Below, piece after piece: positions 8,667 to 17,990 of a stretch of DNA of 64,000 nucleotides. The position numbers and the translations under genes are program-made. Under the pieces are notes generated by a model that saw nothing but the letters and a program-made list of their open reading frames with translations, ran no database searches and was not told the DNA's origin. Every line of letters starts with the position of its first letter. Position 1 is the stretch's first letter. The stretch lies in the IMG/VR virus record IMGVR_UViG_3300014202_000802. One strand, given 5' to 3'. Source of the DNA: a virus.

Positions 8667-9314
8667 ATGTCAGACGGATATCCGATTTACAGGTTCACAA
8701 AGATTAAGTACAAGCCGGCCACGAAGGAAGAAAACCCGGTAAACGAGTATGAATTCCATTACTACATAATAACCGGGCAGCATAAGGACGGTTCAGAGAT
8801 CAACCAGAAGCTTACTCTAGTATGCAATGATGAGCCGGTAGAGAGCTTTAAAACTACTTTGCAGGCTTTGAAGCCATACATCACCGAGCTATGTGAGCAG
8901 CCGAAGGATTACACGGCCCGGGTAACGGTAAGGGGCATCAACTGTAAATACGGCGACCATGAAACAGGCGGCAAGGTATTGGGCGTAGTTATGACCGGGG
9001 TTTACAAGTATAAGAAATCAAATGGTGTTCTGGTGTTGAATACACCGTTTAAGCAGGAGAGCTTTAGAACATCTAAAGGCGGTGACGATGGCAAGCTGCT
9101 AAGTGATGATTGCCTTGAGGTGATATACGAGCTTTTTGAAGAAGCGAAGAAATACCTGAAGGGCGAAAGGCTTGAAATAAAGATCGATTACAAAGAGCAG
9201 GAAAAAATTGATAAGGCGGAAAAGCTTGAAAATTATAAGGAAGGCAAGAAAAAGAGCAAAGATACAGGGGTTGATAATAGCGGCAAGATCATAGAAATGG
9301 GTAATGGAAAGTAA
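8667..9314 (+). CDS. Hypothetical phage protein
   Basis: 215-aa ORF in operon. Confidence 0.7.
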   Translation: MSDGYPIYRFTKIKYKPATKEENPVNEYEFHYYIITGQHKDGSEINQKLTLVCNDEPVESFKTTLQALKPYITELCEQPKDYTARVTVRGINCKYGDHETGGKVLGVVMTGVYKYKKSNGVLVLNTPFKQESFRTSKGGDDGKLLSDDCLEVIYELFEEAKKYLKGERLEIKIDYKEQEKIDKAEKLENYKEGKKKSKDTGVDNSGKIIEMGNGK

Positions 9315-9856
9315 TTGGGTGAGTTGAACGTTCATACATTATTCGGTTTTCAACCTGCCAGAACAGACGGCAAGGATAAATATTACACACCTGAGCTGCT
9401 TGCGGAATACATTGTGAATTACTTTAAGCCTTCAGGAAAGGTATTGGAGCCGTGTTCAGGTACCGGAGCTTTTTTGAAATATCTGCCTAAAGGCACTGAG
9501 TGGTGTGAGATTGATAAGGGCGGAATTTCTTTGATTATAAGGAAAAGGTAAACTGGATAGTGACTAATCCACCATTCAGTAAAATAACAGCCTTTATGAT
9601 TCATTCGATGAAGCTTTCTGAAAATGTAGTATTCCTTATTAATACCCCGGCGCTGTTTACAACGAAGCGTATGCGCGAAATCAGGTACCACGGTTTCGGG
9701 ATAAAAGAGATCCTTTTTGTAAAACAGCCTGAATCATTTGTTCAAACGGGCAGACAGCCCGGAGCCGTGCACCTGGTAAAAGGTTATAAGGAAAGCTGCT
9801 GTAAATTCACGTTTGCGGATAATGCTTACGAACCATACAGAAAGATGAAAAAATAA
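9315..9856 (+). pseudogene. N6-adenine/N4-cytosine DNA methyltransferase split by a 1-nt frameshift near 9522
   Basis: First part 'DKYYTP...VLEPCSGTGAF' (motif I). The -1 frame continues 'NFFDYKEKVNWIVTNPPF' (motif IV). One added base restores ...EIDKG(R)NFFDY... Confidence 0.8.
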
Positions 9857-9877
9857 AATGGGGAATATATTTCACTA

Positions 9878-11683
9878 ATGGGCAGGAAGAAATCATATAT
9901 AACAGTAACAGATCAGTTTTGCGGGGCAGGTGGCAGCTCACAGGGTGTAAGGATGCTTGCGAATGAAATGAATGGCGGGCTTGAAGTGAAGTTAGCTTTA
10001 AATCACTGGAAGTTGGCCATTGAAACCCATAATACAAACTTCCCGGATACGCTCCATGATTGCACGGATGTTTCAGCTGCTGACCCGAGAAGGTATTTTT
10101 CAACTGATATACTCATAACTTCCCCCGAATGCACAAATCATTCGCTTGCAAAGGGGCAAAGGCAGGTTAAAAAGCAAATGGATTTATTTGCATCGGGAGC
10201 AATCGACCCCGCAGCAGAACGGTCAAGAGCAACAATGTGGGATGTACCCAGGTTTGCGGAGTATCACAGGTACAGAATTATCATCACGGAAAACGTTGTA
10301 GATGCTTATAAATGGGTTTTATATGAGGCATGGATAAAAGCAATGACGGACCTTGGCTATAATCACAGGGCGTTGTTTTTAAATTCAATGTTTTTTCCGC
10401 CAACACCACAAAGCCGTGACCGGATGTATGTAGTTTTTTGGGATAAATCGTTAAAAGCACCTGATCTTGAATTTAAACCACCCGCTTACTGCCAACACTG
10501 CGACAAGAATATCGAAGCGATACAGGTGTGGAAAAACCCTGCTTATAAATGGGGCAGGTACAAACAGCAGTATAATTATCATTGCCCCGTTCACGGCAAT
10601 ATTGTTCAACCCTACTACTATGCCGCATTTAATGTAATTGACTGGAGCGATTTGGGAGAACGTATTGGAGACCGCGCTAAACCACTTGCAGAAAATACAC
10701 AAAAACGAATAAAATTCGGATTGGATAAATACGGTAATGACCCTTTAATTATTACTACAGGCTACACTTCCGGGATTGAATGCAGGGTTAAACCCGCAAC
10801 AAAGGAACTACCAACACAGCCCGGTGATGCAAGGCATGGTATATTGACTCCGTTTCTTGTAGACGATAAGCAAAGCACAGATGTTAAAAGCAGGGTAAGG
10901 AAAACCACAAAGCCGATAAACACAATTCATACAGACCCAAGAGTAAAATTAATAACGCCGTTTATCATTAAAACGGATTATCCCGGTGCAAATGGGAACA
11001 GTTATTCAAAATCAGTTGCACATCACCTTCAAACGCAAACAGCAAGGCACACATCTGCAATAATATCTCCATTCGTCGTTTCAACTGAGCATTCAGGGAA
11101 TAAGCCGAAAAATAATGTACGTAAATCAACTGAACCGTTAAGCACTCAAACTACAGCACAGGCAGCCGGTATAGTTACCCCGATATTAATTAAAAACTAT
11201 GGGGGAAAATGCGACCCGAAGCATACCTCCAAAAGCTCAAAAGAAAGTCTTGGGACTATTACAACCGCAGATCATCATGGTTTACTTACACCGTTCATTG
11301 TTGAAAATAAAAAGCAGTCTAAATCACGTTCAAGTCTTGAGCCTTTAAGCACAGAAACAACAAAATTATACCAGGGTATCATAACTGATGAATCATGGAA
11401 ATCATTTATTGATAACTGTAATGCTAACGCATCCCGGATAACAGATTCACTGAGAACTCAATGGACAAAAGAAGGAGCAGCTATTGTAAATTATACAAAG
11501 CCGGAATATGAAGATTGTTATTATCGTATGCTTAACCCGCATGAGATAAAGCTCGGAATGGCGTTTGACCCTTATTATATTGTTCTTGGTTCGGGACGGG
11601 ACCAGGTTAAACAATGTGGCAATGCAGTAACACCGCCTAAAATGAAATGGATAATCGGGCAATGTATTAAAGTGTTAAAATGA
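9878..11683 (+). CDS. C5-cytosine DNA methyltransferase with expanded repetitive variable region
   Basis: Motif I 'DQFCGAGG', IV 'SPECTNHS', VI 'ENV', VIII 'QSRDR', X 'KQCGNAV'. Confidence 0.92.
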   Translation: MGRKKSYITVTDQFCGAGGSSQGVRMLANEMNGGLEVKLALNHWKLAIETHNTNFPDTLHDCTDVSAADPRRYFSTDILITSPECTNHSLAKGQRQVKKQMDLFASGAIDPAAERSRATMWDVPRFAEYHRYRIIITENVVDAYKWVLYEAWIKAMTDLGYNHRALFLNSMFFPPTPQSRDRMYVVFWDKSLKAPDLEFKPPAYCQHCDKNIEAIQVWKNPAYKWGRYKQQYNYHCPVHGNIVQPYYYAAFNVIDWSDLGERIGDRAKPLAENTQKRIKFGLDKYGNDPLIITTGYTSGIECRVKPATKELPTQPGDARHGILTPFLVDDKQSTDVKSRVRKTTKPINTIHTDPRVKLITPFIIKTDYPGANGNSYSKSVAHHLQTQTARHTSAIISPFVVSTEHSGNKPKNNVRKSTEPLSTQTTAQAAGIVTPILIKNYGGKCDPKHTSKSSKESLGTITTADHHGLLTPFIVENKKQSKSRSSLEPLSTETTKLYQGIITDESWKSFIDNCNANASRITDSLRTQWTKEGAAIVNYTKPEYEDCYYRMLNPHEIKLGMAFDPYYIVLGSGRDQVKQCGNAVTPPKMKWIIGQCIKVLK

Positions 11684-11914
11684 TTCCCTAAAACGAAAAG
11701 GAATATTTACAACAGGCAAGCCGCCATAAGTGGAGTAAGGACATAATGCAAAGTTACAACATAATGAACCTGGATATCGTTCGGCGCAGGAAAAGTCAAT
11801 TACGAAAGAAAAAAAAGAAATCGAAAACACGGGTAGGTCGGAATAACACTAAAGCATTTGAAGTATCGAATAGTCAATTAAAATAAGGGAATAGAGAAAT
11901 TTAAATCAAAATTT

Positions 11915-12355
11915 ATGTCACGACCGATTAAAGCAATTTCACTTTGGGAGCCGTGGGCTACCCTTGTAGCAATGAATCAGAAACAGTATGAAACCCGTTC
12001 ATGGCCGTGGAATTACAGGGGTGAAATACTGATATGCGCATCAAAAGCCGGGATAAAGAAATCACTCTTGAGTTCACTGCTGAAGGAAAAGGCTTTCAGG
12101 ACCGTGTTAGGTGAGAATCCTGAATTGAATTTCGGTAAGGCGGTTGCAATAGCCACAATAACCGGCTGCATTCCAACGTATGATATGAAGTTTGATGATA
12201 CCAATACAAAATACGAGAAGGATTTCGGGGATTATTCATACGGCAGGTTTGCTATCAAGCTTGAAGATATAAAGCGTATTAAGAATCCATTCCCGGTAAT
12301 AGGCAGGCAGGGTTTCTTTTTTGTTGAGCTGCCGGAAGATGTAGAGTTTGTGTGA
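11915..12355 (+). CDS. ASCH domain protein
   Basis: 'KAISLWEPWATLV...KQYETRSW...YRGEILICAS', C-terminal 'GRQGFF'. Confidence 0.9.
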   Translation: MSRPIKAISLWEPWATLVAMNQKQYETRSWPWNYRGEILICASKAGIKKSLLSSLLKEKAFRTVLGENPELNFGKAVAIATITGCIPTYDMKFDDTNTKYEKDFGDYSYGRFAIKLEDIKRIKNPFPVIGRQGFFFVELPEDVEFV

Positions 12356-12873
12356 TGAGTGTGATGAATATGATAAGCGTTATAAGAGAATTTCCAAAAT
12401 CATCAGAGATAGCTTATGAAAAAATTTATATAAATGGTGAACGGGAAGTAATAACGAAAAAAGAACATGCAGCAGATTTGAAAGCGTACCGTATAGAAAA
12501 ACAGGAACGAAATATATGGTGGAAAAGAGAATACAATAAACCGCCTGAATGGAGAGCTTGCATGGTATTCTGTTTTCATAACAAACATGTATTCCCGTTT
12601 GGCGGATATTACTGTATGATAAGAACTTTAAAAAAAGAGTGGTATATAAATTGTTATAAGGGTGAAAAATACAAACAACTAGGCTTAAAACTCATAGAGT
12701 TATTTTCATTCGGGCTTTTGCCAATAGATGAAAATTTTGAAATATGGATGGAAAAATTCATTAAGAAGTTTAGGACATCGTTTAAGCCGAGACGAGAAGG
12801 GATCACCCTTGCCTGGTGTAAGATTGATGACAAGGGTGATTTATTAGACGTATCATTAACAAAAGGAAAATAG
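12352..12873 (+). CDS. Hypothetical protein
   Basis: 173-aa ORF in operon. Confidence 0.6.
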   Translation: MMSVMNMISVIREFPKSSEIAYEKIYINGEREVITKKEHAADLKAYRIEKQERNIWWKREYNKPPEWRACMVFCFHNKHVFPFGGYYCMIRTLKKEWYINCYKGEKYKQLGLKLIELFSFGLLPIDENFEIWMEKFIKKFRTSFKPRREGITLAWCKIDDKGDLLDVSLTKGK

Positions 12874-12875
12874 AA

Positions 12876-14639
12876 ATGAAAACAAACATAGGGATTGACA
12901 TCGATCTTGCGAAGCTGTTAGAAACAAGGATGCTTGTTCAGGCGGGAAGCGGAGGCGGGAAATCGGGGTTAATACGCCGGTTACTTGAAGTTACCAACGG
13001 CAAGGTTCAGCAGCTTGTGCTTGATATCGAAGGAGAGTTTGCAACGCTCAGGGAGCGGTTTGACTTTGCCCTGGTTGCTGATGGGGCGGATATACCGCTT
13101 AATTTGCGGTATGCAGAATCGATCGCACACAAATTACTGGAAACGAATCTTTCTGCAATTATAGATCTGTATGAGTTGAAGCCCCACGAGCGGATATTGT
13201 TTGTAAAGCGGTTCCTTGATGCCTTAATAAACTCACCAAAGGAGTTATGGCACAGCTGTATGGTTGTGATCGATGAAGCGCATTTGTTTTGTCCTGAAGG
13301 CGCACGGTCAGAATCCGCAGCAAGCGTTATAGATCTTTGCACCCGTGGCCGGAAGCGTGGATTTGCGGCAGTGCTTGCAACACAGCGTTTATCGAAGCTG
13401 AATAAAGATGCTGCAGCCGAATGCATGAATAAACTCATAGGCAGGACAGGGCTTGATATCGACAGGAAAAGGGCAGGTGAAGAACTTGGATTCACATCAA
13501 AGGAATCCGTTTTAAACTTACGAAAACTTAAGGAACGTGAGTTTTACGGTTTCGGGCCTGCAATAAGCGATGAAGTTGAGAAGATGTATGTAACTGATTG
13601 TGTAACATCATTCCCGAAGCGTGGCGGTATTGTGATGAATCCCCCGACACCAAAGGCAATCAAAAAGATACTTGATAATTTACCGAGTATAGCCGAAGAA
13701 GCCGAAAAGGAAATAAAATCACTTCAGGACTTCAAAGCCGAGAACATAAAGCTAAAGGGTGATATAACCAGGCTGAACAAGGAACTTGCAGCTGCTAAGG
13801 ACGAAAAAGAGATCGATGAAGACGAAATCAACAGAAGGGTTGATGCTGCAAAGCTTGAAATATACAAGCAGTATAAGAAAATCCTTTTTGATAAGGTTGC
13901 TGAAATAAACCGGATAGATGTTCAGTTAAGCGATATCAAGAAAATTACGGACAAATATGTAGAAGCGAATTTGGCAATTGATGAGATAATTATTCCCGAG
14001 AATATTCTGAAAGCCGGGAGTGTTACGAAACCTGTACAGAATCACTCAAATAGCGTTACAAATGTTACAAAAAGCGTATCGAATGTTACAAAGAACGTGC
14101 AAATGAACACGGAAAGCGTACCGGATGGTGAATTTAAGCCGAATCAAGCACAGCAGCGGATATTGAATGCGCTTGCCTGGTATAAATCGATGGGTAATAA
14201 CTCACCTTCATCAACACAGGTAGGTGCGGTTGCGCTGATTGATCCTTCGGGCGGATACTTTTCGAACATGGTAGGCCCGCTCTCGACTTACGGACTGATA
14301 ACCCGGGGTTCCGGAGTATTGAGTTTAACCATAAAAGGCGAACAGTTTGCAGAGCCGACAGAAGCAGCTGATTCACTTGACGGGTATCATGAAGTTTTAC
14401 GGCAAAGGGTTCGAAAGATGAAATCAGCTGCCGGGAAAACTATTGAGATACTGAATGCGATAATAGCGGCAGGCGGTGAGCCGATAAAAACACAGGAAAT
14501 AGGCGAAGCTGTTGGTATCGATCACACAGGCGGATATTTCAGCAATATGATAGGTCCGCTGAGCACCGCAGGATTAATTAAACGGGGTAATGGTTTGGTT
14601 ACACCGACAAATATATTATTTCCGGAGGGATTGAGTTGA
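12876..14639 (+). CDS. HerA/FtsK-like (DUF87/DUF853-type) ATPase with coiled coil and duplicated C-terminal wHTH-like repeat
   Basis: Walker A 'QAGSGGGKS', 'LDIEGEF', Walker B 'VVIDEAH', 'RGRKRG', 'ATQRLS'. Confidence 0.85.
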   Translation: MKTNIGIDIDLAKLLETRMLVQAGSGGGKSGLIRRLLEVTNGKVQQLVLDIEGEFATLRERFDFALVADGADIPLNLRYAESIAHKLLETNLSAIIDLYELKPHERILFVKRFLDALINSPKELWHSCMVVIDEAHLFCPEGARSESAASVIDLCTRGRKRGFAAVLATQRLSKLNKDAAAECMNKLIGRTGLDIDRKRAGEELGFTSKESVLNLRKLKEREFYGFGPAISDEVEKMYVTDCVTSFPKRGGIVMNPPTPKAIKKILDNLPSIAEEAEKEIKSLQDFKAENIKLKGDITRLNKELAAAKDEKEIDEDEINRRVDAAKLEIYKQYKKILFDKVAEINRIDVQLSDIKKITDKYVEANLAIDEIIIPENILKAGSVTKPVQNHSNSVTNVTKSVSNVTKNVQMNTESVPDGEFKPNQAQQRILNALAWYKSMGNNSPSSTQVGAVALIDPSGGYFSNMVGPLSTYGLITRGSGVLSLTIKGEQFAEPTEAADSLDGYHEVLRQRVRKMKSAAGKTIEILNAIIAAGGEPIKTQEIGEAVGIDHTGGYFSNMIGPLSTAGLIKRGNGLVTPTNILFPEGLS

Positions 14640-15100
14640 ATAACAGGCCCATAGCGATCATAATAACTTTGCCGGTTAAGTTTCTGATGGATTTGGCAGT
14701 AAGTGTAAAGCCCTGGGTATGGCGTAAAAAAGCCTTAATCTTAATAGGCTTTAAGGAATGCATCCGGCAGATTGAAGAATTGAACGAATATAATAAAGCG
14801 GATCCTGATAGTGATGAACCGATGCACTGGTGTCACTCAATGGGAAATAAACCGGCAAATACTGAAGGCTTGGTTTATGCTTATATAAATATCCTAAGTA
14901 AAATCCGTTACCGGGCAAAGATAGTTGAGTTCCAGAGTGCTCCAAAAGGGAAGGTATTAATACATGAATTCAATGACGGCCGTAAACGTGAGGGCAAGCA
15001 CTGGCTTTACCTGCATGAGTTTGAAAAATTAGATCCTGAAATTAAGATGGGCGGTTTTCAGGGTTTTAGGTATTGGAATCCGGGGAAATATGAAATATAA
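14636..15100 (+). CDS. Possible ASCH/PUA-fold protein
   Basis: C-terminal 'KMGGFQGFRYW' parallels the ASCH 'GRQGFF' terminus; beta-rich core. Confidence 0.45.
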   Translation: MNNRPIAIIITLPVKFLMDLAVSVKPWVWRKKALILIGFKECIRQIEELNEYNKADPDSDEPMHWCHSMGNKPANTEGLVYAYINILSKIRYRAKIVEFQSAPKGKVLIHEFNDGRKREGKHWLYLHEFEKLDPEIKMGGFQGFRYWNPGKYEI

Positions 15101-15695
15101 AACAGAGAATGAAATGGTTAAGGATTTAATGCCTGCAATTCTGGGGGCTTTGGTTCCGCGCAATGTAAAGTGCTTCGCCGAAGTTCCAAGATATTCAGGT
15201 AATGACCACACTGATATTATGCTTATTGACTTCACACAAAAGTCAGTGTTTGCAATTGAGTTTAAGCTCAATGGCCCTAAGAGCCTGAATCAGCAGGTAG
15301 AATATAACCGTAATAGGTTTCAGTGTATTGGTATAATTAACGCAATACCCAAAGATAAGGATAAGCATTATTTTTTATACCCATTTACAGGCGGTGATAT
15401 GCAGCTTGACCGCATTTGTAATACTTTAAGAAACAGGAGATGGAGTAATATTAACGAAAACAATATTGCCGGATTATATTATTGGGGTTACCTGAATGAT
15501 GAAACATGTTTTGATGCAGGTCATAAAAGCTGTTCGAGATTATCAATGTTCCAGCTTTATAAAAAAGCGGTCTTTAATCTTCTGGAAACATATAAATGGC
15601 AAATGGACTTCTATTTGGTTTATAAAACTTTAGGCTTCTATTCGGTTTCGACAGCAAAAAAATATTACAGAGAAGTAATAAAAGAAAGAGAATAA
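15090..15695 (+). CDS. PD-(D/E)XK-like nuclease-fold protein
   Basis: 'EV....HTDIMLID....VFAIEFKL.....LNQQ' matches the E..D..ExK..Q layout. Confidence 0.6.
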   Translation: MKYKTENEMVKDLMPAILGALVPRNVKCFAEVPRYSGNDHTDIMLIDFTQKSVFAIEFKLNGPKSLNQQVEYNRNRFQCIGIINAIPKDKDKHYFLYPFTGGDMQLDRICNTLRNRRWSNINENNIAGLYYWGYLNDETCFDAGHKSCSRLSMFQLYKKAVFNLLETYKWQMDFYLVYKTLGFYSVSTAKKYYREVIKERE

Positions 15696-16618
15696 TGGCA
15701 CAATCGAAAATACAGTGGACTGAAAAAACGTGGAATCCCACGGTAGGCTGCAATAAGGTATCACAGGGGTGTAAGCTTTGCTATGCTGAAATAATGCATA
15801 AGCGGCAGATGAGTATGAATCCGAATAAATACAGCCGTCCTTTCCTTGATGGTGCATTTCCTTATGAACCGGCATTAGAAATACCGCTGCACTGGAGGAA
15901 GCCTGCAATGATATTCGTGAACAGCATGAGTGATCTGTTTCATGAGAATGTACCATTTGAGTTTATAGAAAAAGTTTTTGCTGTGATGCAGAAATGCGAA
16001 CAGCACACTTTCCAGATACTCACTAAGCGACCAGAGAGAGCAATTGAATTTTTTAATGATTATCTGCATTGGAATGATAAATTAAGCTGCAAAGCATTTG
16101 GAGATAGAAAATCATCATTCAGTATATCAACAGGTCATACTGATTTTATACAAAACATTTGGTTAGGCACATCTGTTGAAGACCAGGCAACTGCGGATGA
16201 ACGTATTCCGTTATTGCTGCAGATCCCCGCGGTTGTAAGGTGGTTGAGCTGTGAGCCGTTGCTTGGTGAGATTGATTTGAAAAAAATGTATAAAGTTAAT
16301 AATACTTATCATTTCAAAGGTATTCATTGGGTTGTATGTGGCGGTGAGAGCGGTCACGGTGCACGTCCGATGCATCCGGATTGGGCGCGAAAGATCAGGG
16401 ATGATTGCAATGCTGCAGGAGTACCGTTTTTCTTTAAACAGTGGGGGGAATGGGGAGAAACAAAAGGTTTATCTATACCCGAATATGAAAAAGTATTAAA
16501 TAATAATAAAAAACTTCATGTGTGGAGTAAATACGGAATGGTAAAACTTGGCAAGAAGCATTCAGGGCGGTTACTTGATGGGCGTGAATGGAACGAATAT
16601 CCGGAGGTAAGTAAATAA
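15695..16618 (+). CDS. DUF5131 (phage Gp37/Gp68) radical-SAM-like protein
   Basis: 'SKIQWTEKTWNPTVGCNKVSQGCKLCYA' (CxxxxxxCxxC), 'IFVNSMSDLFH', 'QILTKRP', 'WVVCGGESG', 'PFFFKQWG'. Confidence 0.92.
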   Translation: MAQSKIQWTEKTWNPTVGCNKVSQGCKLCYAEIMHKRQMSMNPNKYSRPFLDGAFPYEPALEIPLHWRKPAMIFVNSMSDLFHENVPFEFIEKVFAVMQKCEQHTFQILTKRPERAIEFFNDYLHWNDKLSCKAFGDRKSSFSISTGHTDFIQNIWLGTSVEDQATADERIPLLLQIPAVVRWLSCEPLLGEIDLKKMYKVNNTYHFKGIHWVVCGGESGHGARPMHPDWARKIRDDCNAAGVPFFFKQWGEWGETKGLSIPEYEKVLNNNKKLHVWSKYGMVKLGKKHSGRLLDGREWNEYPEVSK

Positions 16619-16831
16619 ATGGGAGCCTTACTTCAACATGATCCGGATAAATGCTATTCATGCGGTTCGGAAAAGATTTATAAGTTTGATGGTAAAGGAG
16701 CGTTATGCAAAAAATGCGCTCTTGGATATGATGATATTTGTCAGCCACGGAAAGTAGAGCCGGAGCCGGGCAGGAATCAGCCTTGCCCGTGTAATTCAGG
16801 TAAAAAATATAAAAAATGCTGCGGAGGATAA
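16619..16831 (+). CDS. Small Zn-ribbon + SEC-C motif protein
   Basis: '[19 protein letters not shown]' at C-terminus; CxxC...CxxC at N-terminus. Confidence 0.85.
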   Translation: MGALLQHDPDKCYSCGSEKIYKFDGKGALCKKCALGYDDICQPRKVEPEPGRNQPCPCNSGKKYKKCCGG

Positions 16832-16836
16832 ATATT

Positions 16837-17259
16837 ATGATAACAACTGAAAGAGAATTAATCGGAATGATGCGGGTTAAAAAGGCTATGATACTGGATA
16901 TATTTGATTGCAGGACATCAAGATCAACCCGGGAACTGGTAGATTTTGAGCGTAATGATACTTATGATAATGTGAGCTTTCTTCTTATTGGCAGGCTTAT
17001 AAAGCAGGGTAAGCTGAAAAGCAAAGATACAAGTATGTGTCTGGACTTAGTAGAAACAACGATCTACCTGCCGGAACATGAAGATGAATTATTTCCGGTA
17101 CGAATATTCCCTAATAATCCTTACACAAGAAATGAATTAAGGAAGCAGGATAAAAGGAATGCAATTTTAACAGCACAGCTTGAAATTGCATTAGCCCAAC
17201 GCATTTACAAGGATGATATCGGTGAAATGGCATTTCATTTTTGCACGGGGAATGACTGA
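16837..17259 (+). CDS. Hypothetical protein (possibly wHTH)
   Basis: ORF in operon. Confidence 0.55.
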   Translation: MITTERELIGMMRVKKAMILDIFDCRTSRSTRELVDFERNDTYDNVSFLLIGRLIKQGKLKSKDTSMCLDLVETTIYLPEHEDELFPVRIFPNNPYTRNELRKQDKRNAILTAQLEIALAQRIYKDDIGEMAFHFCTGND

Positions 17260-17575
17260 AATGATAGAAATAATAAATACAGTGTTCGGTTTGTGTGTTG
17301 TGGTTCTTTCCTGGCTGGGAGAAGTGACGGGATTGGGCTATAAGGGTGTGAATGTTGTGATATTCTGTATCATCTGGCCCGGGTGGAGTGTGTGGATGGT
17401 GATAAAGGCGGTAAAAAGTAAAAGGTTACAGGTTAAAAGTGAAATGCAAAGAAAAAAAAGCCGAGAATTGGATGTAGCGAGTGTTATTGCTGTGCAAGTA
17501 ATTATCAATGAACTGCATCAACAAATAGCGGATTTAAAGCAGAAATCAGAGATAACCAGTTGTGGAAAAAACTAA
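17252..17575 (+). CDS. Two-helix membrane protein
   Basis: Hydrophobic N-terminal half, coiled C-terminus. Confidence 0.55.
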   Translation: MTEMIEIINTVFGLCVVVLSWLGEVTGLGYKGVNVVIFCIIWPGWSVWMVIKAVKSKRLQVKSEMQRKKSRELDVASVIAVQVIINELHQQIADLKQKSEITSCGKN

Positions 17576-17618
17576 AAAATTAAGCAAAAATCACCTGAAT
17601 TTTACAGAGGATAGATAA

Positions 17619-17978
17619 ATGAATGAAACAGAAAAAACCGGAAAGCCGGAACCGGCATTAAAGAGGCAGTTAAGCGTTGAGGAATCACGTAAGCTTGCAT
17701 TTGCTATTGAGCAAGTAAAAGTATTTTTACCTATGATCGATGTAGAATACGCAAAATTAGCAGTGAAGAGTATGTATGAACAGGCAAGCAGGCAGTACAC
17801 ACTTGCGGTACTGAATCCGCGGTATGACCCAGCCCGCTCAACTTTAATCGGGATGCAGGCAAGGGGATTGGATTTCCTTATTAAGTTTATTGAAAGCATG
17901 ACCGAATGCGCTAAAATGAAGGATAGTATAAAAGCAAAAGAAGTACATTACGAAGATATTGAAAAAATGTTTTTATGA
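17619..17978 (+). CDS. Hypothetical protein
   Basis: 119-aa ORF with RBS 'AGAGGA'. Confidence 0.6.
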   Translation: MNETEKTGKPEPALKRQLSVEESRKLAFAIEQVKVFLPMIDVEYAKLAVKSMYEQASRQYTLAVLNPRYDPARSTLIGMQARGLDFLIKFIESMTECAKMKDSIKAKEVHYEDIEKMFL

Positions 17979-17990
17979 CCGTACAAACAA

